Origin: Camelus dromedarius | Taxonomy: Eukaryota | Length of the DNA: 64,000 nt | Direction of reading: 5' to 3' | NCBI RefSeq assembly: GCF_036321535.1 | Contig: NC_087436.1 | Span: forward strand, 24,058,001-24,122,000 | In this document: piece by piece, positions 11,758 to 24,752 of the stretch | How positions within the stretch are numbered: position 1 is the stretch's first letter | Layout: the number at the start of each line of letters is the position of its first letter | Made by a program: the position numbers and the translations under genes | The notes under the pieces: model-generated | The model's database searches: none | What the model saw: only the letters and a program-made list of their open reading frames with translations | What the model was told of the DNA's origin: nothing

Positions 11758-12584
11758 AAATCCCAGGGTTACCAGAACTTCCAACCTTGGAAGGAAGCTG
11801 GGAGTTTTCAGGACCAACTGGCCTCAGGACTCAGTTGTAGCTTCCTCCTCCAGCTTTCCAGACGCCTCTTGGACCGCACATCAGCAAAACTGGAACCAAG
11901 TCAGTTAACAGAAACTGTTCGACAGAATCATTTCTAAACGATGCCCTGAAAAATGTCAGGTTTTCAGAAATAACATATTGACCATTTCCAGCAAGAGCCT
12001 TGTGGTAGGAGCAAAAACTACAGGTGCTTAAATGTAAAAATTACCAGGATTTAACCCTTCGTCCTGACCCACTCAAAACAAGGCTCTGCCCTAGAGGCTT
12101 ACATTTCATTGAGAAAGGGTCCCAAAACAGGACATGACACTTCCAATTTGGCATCCCTGATGGAGGCAGCACAAGGTAGTCAGGAGCAAGCAGTGAAAAA
12201 GACAACAGAAACCCCATCTGGTGGGCAAACAGCCAACAGAGGAGATCGGTTCCATTTTCCAGTAAGTATTTTGAGGAATCAAGTATCAGACCTTGGATTT
12301 TTATTTGATCCTTCAGTGCACCTCTGCTTCTAGAGTAGTTTAGTAAAATTAAAAAGTACTCTGCCAAGTATTTGACATAAATTCTTTGTAAAGGAGCAGG
12401 TCAAAGAGCTGGACGGAGTCTGGAAAATTCTCAGGATCAGGCAGTTTGGTTGGTAAAACATCAGTGAATGGGAACTTCCCCCATGCCTGCAGTGACAGCC
12501 TTACTTCAGTGACAGACGGAAATCTAAAGCAAAGAAAGGAAGGGATCTGAATATTCTCAAGAATACACAGAAGTGGATCTGCCC

Positions 12585-13570
12585 ATTCATTCATTCATTC
12601 TTTATCAAATGCACTGAGACCTGCCACACACGAAGTCCTGTGCCAAGTACTGGGACACTGGGCTGAGCAGGATGACAGCAGCTCTGCTCCGGTAGAGTTT
12701 ACGGAGGTGTAAGGACAAGCATTAACAGGGCTTCCCGAGGCTAATTAGCTCACGATCACTGTGACGGACACTGTGAGTGAGAAGTCACAGCTGCCATGGG
12801 AACATTGCCTCAGGGGACTCAGCTGGTCTGGGAGATCAGAGGCGCCTTCACAAAAGTGACGTTTCAGCTGAGGACCGATAATAAAGCGTGAGGTGGGTGA
12901 ATGGTGTGCTGGTGTGTGTGTTGGGGGTGGACAGGCAGGAGAAAGGGGGATGTTCTAAGCTGAGAACAGCCGTCAAAAGCCTGAAGTGGGAAAGGCTGGG
13001 GCGTGGTCCGAGGATGCTGAGAGCAGCCCAGCATGGCTGTGACATAAAGACCCGGGAGAGGGTGGCCACTATTCGGGGCCACATCAAGTGTGATCACATG
13101 AGACCAGAGGTTAGCAACCAAGACGATTTTGCCTCCCGCCCCCCACCCCTACCAGGGACATTTGGACTTGTCACAACTGGGGAGTGGGCTGCTACTGGCA
13201 TCTGGTGAGCTGAAGCCAGGGATGCTGCCAAACACCCTGCAGCGCACAGGGCAGCCCCACAACAAAGAGTTATCTCGCTCAAGATGTCAGCGGTGCTGAG
13301 GTGAAGCCCGGTTTTATAAAAAGGATGAGGAGTCACTAAAGGGTTTTAGGCTGAAAAGTTTGGTGGTGAGATTTGTTTCCAAAAGATCACTCTGACTTCC
13401 TCGTGGGCCGATGGGGGAGAATCCCTAGTGTAGATCTAAAAGGCTCTGCTGGGATGGAATATTGTGGCAGGAGATGTGACCTGGCCTTGGGGAATGTCCA
13501 TATGGATGGAGAAAAGTGAATGAATATGAAAGATACTTAAAAGAATAAATCAATGGAATTGGGTGACAGA
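12585..13570 (-). mobile_element. L2 fragment interrupted by MER20
   Basis: (CATT)n L2 3' terminus at ~12585 and typical L2 body. Confidence 0.7.
13105..13311 (+). mobile_element. MER20 (hAT-Charlie non-autonomous)
   Basis: 'gattttgcc...ccagggacatttgg...gctactggcatctggtgag...ccagggatgctgccaaacaccctgcagcgcacagggcagcccc'. Confidence 0.85.
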
Positions 13571-13914
13571 ATAGTCGAGGCAAGTATCTTAGCTCATGCT
13601 CCCTCAAGCAGCGGAGCCAGAAGCAAGGCTTCAATGCCAGTGCTTTATTTGGATGGCACAATTCCAGGACAGCAAGAGGGAGGGACGGGGAAGTAAGGCA
13701 GAAGGATGGGAAGCAGGGTGTTTCCACCTAGACCACTGCTTCTGATGAACTGTGATGAGGTAGAGATGGTCACTGAACTGGCACCCCTGCGGCCACGCAG
13801 GGTATCTGTGGGTGGGCTGTCAGAATAACCGCACCTCAGAAGAGTCCACTAGAGAGGGGGAAGAGAATGTATCTTCTCTCTCCTCTCCTCACTGTTCAAA
13901 GTTTCCTCCTGGGG

Positions 13915-14470
13915 ACATTGTTAAACATGTCTGCAAATTCTTTTGACATTTCTCTCATCATGAGGCTGGGGACTACATCCTCATTGTGAATCTGGACCGG
14001 CCTTAATAACATAGCCAGGAGAACGCAGCAGAAGTGATGCTGTAGGACTTCCAAGGCTGGGTCACAAAAAGCCACACGGCTTCTGCCTTGCTCCCTGGAG
14101 CACCTGTGCTTGGAGCCCTTGGCTGTCCTGGAAGGAGTTGACAACTCTAAGGCCACCGTGCTGGGAAGAAGCCCAGGCCACACAGACAGCCGACATGTGG
14201 GGGCTCTGCCCGACAGCTCCAACCACACACCCAGCCAACCGCCAGCAAAAACTGCCCGACCTGCGAGTGAATATACTTTCAGATGATTCCAGCCCACGAC
14301 CGTAGTCACTCGTAGCCGTGGGTCTCCCAGCTCTAGCCTCAGACACAGAGGAGCAGACACGCCAGCCCTTTTGTACCCTACTGACCACATTATCCACAAA
14401 TCTAATTAAATGGTTGTTTTAAACCCCTTAACTTTGGGGTGATTTGTCACATCCGAGCAGTCATTGGAAC
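13915..14470 (+). mobile_element. MLT1 (MaLR) solo LTR, MLT1E/F-like
   Basis: 'gcagaagtgatgctgtaggacttccaaggctgggtcac...agatgattccagccc...tttggggtgatttgtcac...ggaaca'. Confidence 0.75.
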
Positions 14471-16091
14471 ACCCTCATTACAAGTCAATGACTCAACCTT
14501 CCAGGTTGCATCGTTTGGTCCCTCTAACATCACCCCATGCACAGCAGTGTGGCACTTCAGACTGAAGCCAGGGACACCAGGAGTATGGCCAGTGGTCCTC
14601 AGATGGGAGACTACAGATACCCCACAGAGAGCCAGTCAGCCGTGGCAGAGCCACGGTACAGCATGTGGCTGAGGACTCAGGAGACAGCTGAGGTCAGGAA
14701 CACTGGGCACAGTGCACTAACATGTCTGATAAAGGGGGAAGGTAGAGGGAAGGCAGGAGTTAAAATTCTTACATTTCTGGCTTCTGACTTGAGCAATCAG
14801 GTAGATTAATGATTTTAATTTAAATCATTAGTGCAATTGACTTGAGAGAGGAATTGGGTAAAAGGAGGAGGTTCAGTTCAAAGTGTCTGTGTGTCAATGG
14901 CAATAAGTAGCAGCCCAGGGCACCAAAGATGGTCCAGGTCATGGATCTTAAGGCTCCAGGGCTCCAAGAGGGCTCAGAGCCTGTCCCTGAATCTTATTCC
15001 CCTTGTGATGAGTATTTTTCAGGTCTTTAGTCGACATCTTTGTCCAACTGAATCATGTATTTGAAGGATAGTGTGTTAGGTAAGACAGATGTAGCCCCCA
15101 GGAAAGAACAACATGGCTCCCATAAGAGCCACCATATGTAAACAGACGCCTATCTCTCAGGGCTAGCAGGAGAGAGACCATCAGATTTACTTATTTTTGT
15201 TTTTAATGTGTGGGGAAAATATTTTAGTTACCTTCAAATAAGGTTGACATCCTTATTCAGCCTGCAACGCTCCTCTTTCTCCTTCGTCTTACTTTTAACC
15301 CAAATTGCAAATGTTCTACATGTGCATAACATTAGCCTGTTTCACATTACCTGTTTAGAGAATTGGTGCCTTTGATGGAGGTTCTTGTCAATGTTGCTTT
15401 AGTTCACAGACTTATAATATTCCTAGACCTGGAGGAGATTTCAAAAAGAAAAACTGCAAATAATCACCAGTGCCTGGATGCCTGAGGTGATGGGAGCCCA
15501 CCACCTCCTGTCCCTGATCACCGGTAGGCAGGCTCCTCTTCTGAAACAAGAAGTCAAGGTCAGGTCTGAGGACACCGGCTCCGATTCCTGCCAGTATCCC
15601 AGCCTCCACTGGGACTCCTGCGACCCATTCCCTCCTGCTCTCCCAACACACAGGCTCAGGTTCTCCCAAACCCCTGTCCCCCAACCCTTCTGCTAAAATT
15701 AAAAAGGCAGTGACTGCAGCAGTACTAACTTTTGATTATTTACAAAACCATGTAAGACAGGAAAAGACAAGGAGGAGTGAAGAAAAGGAGGGATGATGCA
15801 TTTCCTGAGGCACCACGTTCCTGTTCTGAGGACCTTTATCACAATGAATCCTTCCAAAATCCTATTGGTATTCGTCACCTATATTTTCTACAGATTCATT
15901 AACTTGCCAAAGATTAGGCAGTTAATAAGATGCAAAGCCAGAGTTCACTTTTAACTCCAGTCCAGTGCTCTCCAATACCCCACTCTTCCCTAGAGTCTGT
16001 GTATCCACCCTTCGATTACTGTTAAAGAACAGAAGGCGTTTGGGGGAGACCAAGCCATGTGCACAAGAACCACTGTACCTCTCCCTGAGCG

Positions 16092-16105
16092 CCACCAGAT
16101 GGCGC
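16092..16105 (+). promoter_or_regulatory. CTCF motif
   Basis: CCACCAGATGGCGC fits the CCASYAGRKGGCRS consensus; lies in unique, CpG-retaining sequence. Confidence 0.7.
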
Positions 16106-16560
16106 AGTGAGAGGCTACAGTCCTACTTTTTATCCGTGCGCTTGGCGAGACAGACAAGCGTGGGGGAGAACAGCTGCAGCGAGAGTGTCAAAACAGAGTT
16201 CTATTTAGGAAAGCGGAGCCTTCTGCCTGGCCCTGTTTCCCACCGGGATCCTTGGTTGGCTCTCCACAGACTATAAATGAATTTGCTTTTTTCTTCCTTC
16301 CCCATCCTACTGCTAACCCACATCTCTGATTCTATTTTCTCTCCACCCCTGACACAGGGGCACGATTCCCACCCACATCAGGGAATATACCATGTCCTGA
16401 AGGGAGAGGGCAACAGCCAGGCTGGGTGCTGCCGAGTCGGGGCCTGCAGTCAGTCCCCATGGCGACTGGTGGGCCATTTCCCACACACATCCTTCCCACC
16501 GACCCAACATTCACGCACATCACAGCGTTCACAGGACGCAGACATGCCCATCCACGGGGC

Positions 16561-16810
16561 CTGTCTCAGCCTACACAGCTGCCCTAACAAAGTATCACAG
16601 CTCTGGGGGCTGGAAGTGAAGATCAAGGTGAGGACAGTTTGTGTTTCTTCTGAGGACTCGCTCCTTGGCTTGCAGATGGCCTCTGCCTCCCTGTGTCCTC
16701 ACACAGTGCTTCTCTGTGTGCATCCCTGGTCTATCTGTGTGTCTTACTCTCTTCTTATAAGGACGCCAGTCAGATTGGATTAAAGCCCAGGCAAGCAGCC
16801 TCATTTTATT
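16561..16810 (-). mobile_element. MLT1A-like LTR fragment
   Basis: 'ggctggaagtgaagatcaagg...tcttcttataaggacgccagtcagattggatta'. Confidence 0.75.
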
Positions 16811-16836
16811 GTCTCTGTGTGTGTGTTACTATTCTT

Positions 16837-17451
16837 TTCTTGTTGAGGTGTGTTTGACTTACAATATTGTGTTACTTTCAGGAGTTCAGCAAACTGATTC
16901 GGATTCTTTTCCATTGTAGGCTATTACAAGATATTGAATGTGGTTCCCTGCGCTGTACAGTAAATCCTTGTTGCTTATCTATTTTATGTATAATAATTTA
17001 TATCTGTCAATCCCATACTCCTATTTTATCCCTCTTCCCACTCCCTTTTCCCCCTTTGGTAACCACAAGTTTGTTTTCTATGTCTGTGAGTCTGTATCTG
17101 TTTTGTATATAGATTCATTTGTATTATTTTCAGATTCCACATATAAGTGATGTCATATGTTTGTCTTTCTCTGTCTGACTTACTTCAGTTAGTATGATAA
17201 TCTCAAGGTCCATCCAGTATTGCAAATGGCAATATTTCATTCTGTTTTCTGGATGAGTAATATTCCATTGTATAAGTATACCACATCTTCTTTATCCATT
17301 TATCTGTTGATGGACACTTAGGTTGCTTCCATATCTTGGCTATTGTAAATAGTGCTGCTATGAACACTGGGGCACATGTATCTTTTTCAGTTAGAGTTTT
17401 TGTCTTTTCCAACACTATTTACAATAGCCAAAATATGGAAGCAACCTAAGT
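16837..17451 (-). mobile_element. 5'-truncated L1 with 39-bp inverted duplication at its 5' junction
   Basis: Encodes ORF2 C-terminal remnant (KDTCAPVFIAALFTIAKIWKQPKCP) plus 3' UTR; possible TSD TATTCTT/TGTTCTT. Confidence 0.9.
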
Positions 17452-17979
17452 TGTTCTTGGGTCACCTGGTCCCCCAAGCCCCCTTTACTGCAAGCCTCTA
17501 AGATAACGCTCTTAAATTCATATAGAGTGAATGTCTATGCAGCGGTGCAGCTCTTTCACAGCCCTTGCCACCATGAAGATCCCACCTGTTATCTCCTATC
17601 AAGGTATTTTCCTGAAAATAAAAAAGCTATCAACCTGTTAGAGGAATTCTGCTCCTTCCCCCAAATACAGAATTGCAGCAGGCATGGAATTATTCTAATG
17701 AAGCAACTTGATCACTTTCCTCTTACCCAAGATATAATGACATCACACAAGCGACAGTGTTTAAAATCTGAAAAGCACTTTTCTAATTCAGATTTAAGAG
17801 GAGAGAAATTTTTATGTGCAACCTGACAACCTAGTCTAGTAAGGAGATGATCCAAGAACCAAAGATCCATTTGTCTGCAAGCCAGGCCCCAGGTATGCAA
17901 ACTTGGGGAAAGCAGATTGTGACTAAATGCAGTGCTCAGTTGAATGCATGCTCAAGTGAATGAAGAGTGCATAGGTGTG

Positions 17980-19500
17980 TATGACCTCGTGACTGATAAT
18001 AACAAATACGTGTTTGGTCTTCTGGCACAGAGCTCCTAAAACTCTTGGAATTTTCTAGCTATAAGAGCAACAGAAGCATCTTGTATTACAATATTTAGTC
18101 TTTTGGCCTCAGATCCTGAAATAGCTCCGGAGCCATAAAGGTAAAACAGTGTCCTATTATTCATAACGAACCCTTCAGCCACACCCGAGTGTGTATCAAT
18201 GGTGGGGGGGGGGACTTTTGTAAAGCCCCTAAGGATGGGGGCTGGTTGCCAGGAGAACCAACCATGTGATCAGAGGTTTGGAACTTTCAGCCCCTCCCCC
18301 CCACTCTGTGACCTCTGGGGAGGAAAGAGGGGCTGGGGATTGAATTAGTTACCAGTGGCCAATGATTTAATCAATTGTGCCTATGCCAGAAGGAACTCTA
18401 ATTCAAAAAGATACATGCACCCCAATGTTCATAGCAGCACTATTTAGAATAGCCAAGACATAGAAACAACCTAAATGTCCACCGACAGATGACTGGATAA
18501 AGAAGCTGTGGTATATTTATACAATGGGATACTACTCAGCCATAAAAAAGAATAAAATAATGTCATTTGCAGCAACATTGATGAAACTGGAGATTGTCAT
18601 TCTAAGTGAAGTAAGCCAGAATGAGAAAGAAAAATACCATATGATATCACTTATATGTAAAATCTTAAAAAAGATAAATGAACTTATTTACAAAACAGAA
18701 ACAGACTCACAGACATAGAAAACAAGCTTATGGTTACTGGAGGGGAAAGAGGGGGAAGAGATAAATTGGGGGTTCTAGATTTGCAGATACTAGCTAATAT
18801 ACATAAAGCAGATAAACAACAAGTTTATACTGTATAGCATAGGGAACTATATTCAATATCAACCTATGGTGAAAAGAATATGAAAATGAATATATGTATG
18901 TTCCTATATGACTGAAGTATTATGCTGTAAACCAGAAATTGACACAACGTTGTAAACTGACTATACTTCAATAAAAAATTAAAAATAAATCATGCCTATG
19001 TAATGAAGCCTCCATAAAAACTCAAAAGGATGGGGTTCAGATCACTGCTGGGACAGTGAACGTGTGGAGGTACAGGGGGAATGGCACTCCCAGAGAGAGT
19101 CTGGAAGCTCTGTGCCCATTCCTACATACTGCTATATGCATCTTTTCCATCTGGCTGCTTCTGACAGATCTTTTTATAACAAACTGGTAACCTAGGAAGT
19201 GAACTGTTTTCCTGAGTTCTGTAACCTTCTCTAGCAAATTAATCGACCTGGAGGAGGAGGTCATGAAAACCTCCAACTTACAGCCGGTAGGTCAGAAACA
19301 CAGGTGACAACCTGGACTTGTGATTGGCATGGTGTGGGGCCTGGTGGACAGTCTTGTGGGACTGAGACCTTACCTGTGAAATCCGATCCTAGCTCAAGAT
19401 AGGGAATGTCAGAATGGAATTGAATTGTAGTACGCCCAGCTGGTGTTGCAGAATGGGTCAGTGTGGAAATAAACCCACATCTGGTGTCTGAAGTGTGAAA
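17980..19500. mobile_element. MER21-like LTR interrupted by an L1
   Basis: 'ggcacagagctcctaaaactcttggaattt', 'gggggctggttgccaggagaaccaaccatgtgat', 'gtaatgaagcctccataaaaac'. Confidence 0.75.
18386..18987 (+). mobile_element. 5'-truncated L1 (cetartiodactyl/camelid type)
   Basis: ORF2 end plus 3' UTR and A tail; TSD AATTGTGCCTATG/AATCATGCCTATG. Confidence 0.92.
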
Positions 19501-19948
19501 ATGCAGACTCACAGAAGCAGGTGTTCCTTTACAGAGTAATGCAAGGAGATGGTTAGAAGGCAGTTTTTAGCCATCTCAATAAGAACCTTTCGGGTTTGTG
19601 GTGGAAGCCAGGCTAGGCTGGATATGAAGGGAATTGAAAAAATGGATAAAACAAGTGTGAGAAGCTGAATGTGAAAAGAAGTAAGACAGTGTGGTGGCCG
19701 CTTGGTTCCAGCACTCCGTGTTACCATCCGTTCTCTGCCCTGCAGTCTAGTTATTTTACACTCATCACACCTGGAGGGGACTCTAACAAAGGGCACCTCC
19801 CACACAGCCAGTTCTCCACACCACCCCCTGCCCTGCCCAGATTCCTAAAGCAGTGCCAGCTATGCCCTTTCCTGAGTAAATATTTTGATAAGAGTTTTGT
19901 GGAGAGAAGTAAAAAGGACAGGCCTGCTAAAGTGAAAAGAAGCAGATG

Positions 19949-20311
19949 TGTTACAGACTGAATGGTATGCCCCCTAAATCCAGATGTTGAAGCCTTAACT
20001 CCCAATGTGACTGACTCTATCTGGAGATAGGACCTTGAAGTAGGCGATCAGGTTAAATGAGGTCATAAGGGTGGGGCCCTAATCCAATAGGACCAGTGAC
20101 CTCACAAGAAGAGGCAGAGGCAGGAGGAGTTCTCAGGCACAGAGGTAAGGTCATATGAGGACACATGGGACGGCGGCTGTCTGCAAGCCAGGAAGAAAGG
20201 CATCTTCAGAAACCAACCCTGCCAGCATCCTGCTCTTGGACTTAACGCCTCCAGAGCTGTTAAGTCACCCAGCCTGTGGTACTTTGTGATGGCAGCCCAA
20301 GCAAACCAACA
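19949..20311 (+). mobile_element. MLT1A-like solo LTR
   Basis: 'tgttacagactgaat...gttaaatgaggtcataagggtggggccctaatccaat...gtggtactttgtgatggcagccc...aca'. Confidence 0.85.
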
Positions 20312-21962
20312 TAGGGAAAAAAATTAATAATAATAAATATATAATAATAAAGGGGGGAGTTTTGTCTAGGATACTGAACCTAGATTTCTCTTCATAATTT
20401 TGCAAAGCTCTGGCTCTAGGGGTAACGGGAGAGGGGAGGTGTGACAGATGTGGCTTTGTCACATAACAGAACACTGGCTCTCACCTGGTTAGCCCCCCCA
20501 CCCACCCTCACACCTCCCCATTTGCTGTCCTCCAGCCCGTGGGTTTCTGGGGATGGCTGTCAGACGGAGACAAATACTCTGCATCCGACAAAAGCAGTTG
20601 TTTGTGTTGGGAGCTCTCCGCCTTTATCGTGGGTCACGTTACGGTCCTCTCAAAGTTTTGCTTAGTTTTTAAATACCCCAGTTTAGGTAACTAAAGTTTT
20701 CCACGGTGGGAGTCGTGGATTTTTTTTCCTTCTGATTTATGCCAGGATCAAAAGCAGCTTTAGAGTCTTCCCTGTGGTTATCGACCCATCGAGAGGCGCT
20801 CTGCCGCCAAAGGCCTCGCTGTGATCCAGGGAACGCCGGGGATTAGAGAGGATTCTGCAAGAGGCTTGAAGAGCTGCACGCAGCGTGGGGACCTCGCATC
20901 TCTCTTTGGAGGCACATAATGGACCCAGAGTGGTGTATCACTCACAGATTCCTTCCCCCTTCCCTTCGTTTCTAACCTTAGGGGGAGACATGCATTAATT
21001 AGTTAAACAGTTGAGCCACTCAAAGGCTTCTTTTCAGCTGCACCGCTCACGTGGCTGCCTCTTTTATGGCCAGCAGGTCCCTGCTGCCAAGGGTGGGCGA
21101 CGGAGGGCAGCCTTGCCAGGAGTGCTTGTTTAAACAAGGCCAATTTCCAGCCTACTTTGCAATGCAAATGCTTATAAGAGCATCTCGGCTTGCTCCTTAA
21201 AATTAGATGGAATAAAGACGCTATGCAGGGACGTGGCTTGCTTCGTATCCAGCCTTTTCTTCTTATGGCTAAAACCAGTTCATACTTGGTTTTGCTGTGT
21301 TGAGAGTTTATAGCACAAGGAAAATCACTTTGTTCTTCAGGACCAAGAGTTTAAAATAGGAACCATTTAATGTTGTCATTGGTTTACATTTATTTAGAAT
21401 AGGGTCTTTTAAATGGGTCTCCTTAAAACCGTTTGCCTTGGAAATGTTATTTTTATGTGCACAATTCCAGGCTCCCTGGGCTTCTCCGTTCATCATCGGG
21501 GCATCTTGCTTTCAGAGACCTGCAGGTGGTAAACGGGGTCTTACTTAGCATTTCTGTGTCTGGCCAGGTGCCTGCCAAGCACACAGTAAGCACTCACTAA
21601 ATAATTTCCTTGGTGAATTATTCATGGTGCAGTTGCATTAATCTTTTATCTTAGACTAATTCACACTCTAAAAAATGTTGGTTTGGCCATTTCTGTAAAT
21701 CTTTTCCACAAATGGGCATTTCCCCTGTATTCACTGCATTATTAGCAGTTCAACCAAAAAGTGTTACCATGTGCTAGACAATGTTCTTCTCTGGTTAACT
21801 TAATTTTTTAAATTAACTTAATACCCATGAATATTACCAAGATGCCGATCTACTCACAGTTCTTCTAGCAGCAATTCTCAAACTCTTAAGAATGGTGAAG
21901 AACATAGTTTTGTCTCTGGAGCTCAGAAACACTTTTATGGGCGAAATAGAAGATGGTAAGAG

Positions 21963-22539
21963 ACTAGCAGCATTATTTACAATAGCCAAGATGTAGAAGC
22001 AACCTGAATATCCATCAACAGATGGCTGGAAAAAGAAGATGTAGTGTATATATACAATGAAATACTACTCAGACATAAAAAAAAAAAGAATGAAATTTTG
22101 CCACTTGCAACAACATGGATGGACCTGAAGGGCATTATGCTAAGTGAAATAAGTCAGACAGAGAAAGACAAATACTGCATGAATATCACTTATATGTGGG
22201 ATCTAAAAAATAAAACTAGTGAATATAACAAAAAAGAAGCAGACTCACAGATACTGAAAACAAACCAGTGGTTACCAGTGGGGAGAAGGAAGAAAGAGGG
22301 AAGGGCATGACAGGGTAGGGGATTAAGAGGTACAAACTACCCTGTATAAAACAAATAAGCTACAAGGATTTACTGTACAACACAGGGAACAGAGCCAATA
22401 TTTTACAGTAACTATAAATGGAGTATAACTTTTAAAATTGTGAATCACTATGTTGTATGCCTGAAACTTACATCATATTGTACAATTACACCTCAATAAA
22501 AAAATAATTTAAAAAAAACAAACAAAAATAGAAGGAAAA
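21963..22539 (+). mobile_element. 5'-truncated L1
   Basis: L1 3' end motifs; TSD AAGATGGTAAGAG/AAGACAGTAAGAG. Confidence 0.9.
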
Positions 22540-23659
22540 AAGACAGTAAGAGGTAACCATAGAGTGGACAACAGGAGCCCTGGGACCTCCCATTCATTCT
22601 TTTACTCACACATTGACACAGGCATTGACTGAGATTCAGCCCTGTCTTGAGAAGCCCACAGCTTAGAAATATAAACAAGCCAGTGATTACAGGGTAAAAT
22701 GATAACAAGGGACATTTTCATAGGTTTTTTATTTATTAAATGTCACCCTTTGGTTGGCCCAGAAGGATCTTACATATGAGCTGGGAGGCAGCAGACACTG
22801 GTACTCAGCTGAGTCAGTCTTAAGCATCAGAGCCCTTGGTCCTGGTGGCCTCACCCCTAAGGTGAGCAGGAGGTAGGTCAGCGGAGCCACAGTACCATAG
22901 GGTGTGTGGTGACCAGGATCAAACACACGGCCTCCCACAGCGCACTAGCCAAACTCTCACACCTGGCCTTGGCTAGGTTTCCAGGAGCAGCTGCCTCCTT
23001 ACCATTCCAAGAAAAGAAAAAAAAAAAAAAAAAAAAAAAAAAGAGGGGAGTAGGGCAGGTTACCTAAAAAGTCACTGTTTAGTTCAACCCTGGTCCATGC
23101 TGTGTGCTCAAGTCACCTGCTGTGTGGAAGAGGCACCACCACAGCAGACAATGGGGATGGGAAGAAAGCCAGCCTTGCTGGCAGGCCTTCTAATGCTCAA
23201 ATATGAGGGTGACTACACCCCCCAGAACCTTACAGTTGGAGGCACGAAGCCTTCCAGTAAATTCATCTTGAAAGGCAATTCATCTTGGCCAAGTCCCTCA
23301 GAGACAAGTCTAAGGGAAGTCACAGTTGTTGGTGCAGCAGTAAAGACCTGGTTGAAGCTGGCCAGAACAGCCATGGGCTTGTGATCTTAACCATGGAGGC
23401 TTTGCTCCAGCTGTTCGGAAAACCTTTTGAGAGAATCAGGTGAAACACGCCCAAGCTGCCCTCCCTCTGTGTGCCCTTGTCGGGTTTCTCATGAAAGAAA
23501 TGCAGCCAGCAGCAGCAGCATTGAGGGAAAAGACTCTGCACAAGCCAGTTTTCTCCATCCCCCACCCCGCTCCATCCCTCTCCCTCCATCACCTGACGAA
23601 GTCACCTTCTGTAATAAACTGCCTTTCATTCCTGCCACCTTCAATATGGCTCTGTAGCA

Positions 23660-24277
23660 TGTGGTGAGGGGCTGAATTACCAAGAGAAGCAGAAGAATTC
23701 AATTCAAAGACAGGACAACGTGTGCTTGACTGTGCCAAGGGTCTCCCTTCCCCAGAACAAGACAGCCTTAGCGTTCCCTACAGCTTGACTGAGAACTTTA
23801 AGACATGTTTCTTTCTCACCTGCCTGTGCTTAGCCCATATTCATTAGAAAACTTGTAATTACAAATTTTCTCTGACCCTTTGAGATGTATGTATATCTTT
23901 GCAAAAGCCTCTTACAGTCTCACAAGGTAGGAACGTCCTTCTCTAGGACCTGGGGATCGTCTCTGAATTATAATCATCAGAGGAGATAACTTCTCTCTCT
24001 CTCTCAGCCTCTGAGGGAAGGGAGGAGCCTAACATGAGAGGAACACCTTGCTCCAAGTTGTAAAACTACTTTCTGCCTTAAAGATAGAAGTTTATGAGCA
24101 AACACAGCCCCCTGATGTCCTCTGGTAGTTTTCCACTACCTCACCCCAGCCTTTAAAAACCCTTCTGCCCTCTGATCCCCAGGAGCTGAGTTCTGGCCTT
24201 TCTCCCTTATTGCAGTAGCCTTGAATCAAGTTTCCTGGGCCTGTTTAACTTTGCCTGGTGCGATCTTTGCTTTGACA
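23660..24277 (+). mobile_element. ERV1-class LTR (MER31/MER67-like)
   Basis: TATA-like 'ctttaaaaaccc' and 3' end 'gtttaactttgcctggtgcgatctttgctttgaca'; 5' boundary approximate. Confidence 0.55.
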
Positions 24278-24319
24278 CCCCTCTCCTCACCCCTCCAAAA
24301 TCTGTCTCATTCCACTGCA

Positions 24320-24455
24320 GCAGTGGCTCTCAGACTCGTGTGTTTCAGAATAACCTGGAGAGCTTGTTAGAACACAGTGTCTGAAGCAGTCGGCCTGGAT
24401 TCATTTCCAACGAGTTTCCAGAGAAGACAAGGCTGGTCCAGAGACCATGCTTTAG
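24320..24455. mobile_element. MER5A fragment
   Basis: 'cagtggctctcagac...cagaataacctggagagcttgttagaacacag...gaccatgcttt'. Confidence 0.65.
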
Positions 24456-24596
24456 CCTGTTTTTTGCACAGACTGCCTTTACCCCCTGAGGCCCCTGGAG
24501 TTCATGGTGGCCCCAGTACCCTGTCCTGTAATAGGGTCATTTCCAGAGCTGATGGAGATGCTTTCTTTCCCACAATCTTCTCCCTCTCTCTCTCTC

Positions 24597-24752
24597 TTTT
24601 TTGTTTGGCTTTTTTGTTTGTTTGTTTGTTTTTGTTTTTTGAGAGGAGGTAATTAGATTATTTACTTATTTGTTTCAATCGAGGTACTAGGGATTGAACC
24701 CAGGACCTTGCACATGCTAAGCATGTGCTCTGCCACTGAACTACACCCTCCC
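24597..24752 (-). mobile_element. tRNA-Ala-derived SINE (Vic-1-like)
   Basis: Reverse complement of the tRNA-Ala head, 'ctaattacctcc' body and A-rich tail. Confidence 0.9.

Noticed and set aside
8107..16783. Longest ORFs in the track (150-168 aa at 8107, 8562, 10787, 13896, 16277)
   Set aside because: No recognisable domains, many non-ATG starts, and several overlap microsatellites, MER5 or MLT1; consistent with chance ORFs.
23011..23042. 26-nt poly(A) as the tail of a processed pseudogene
   Set aside because: No adjacent AATAAA, no recognisable coding homology upstream and no TSD.
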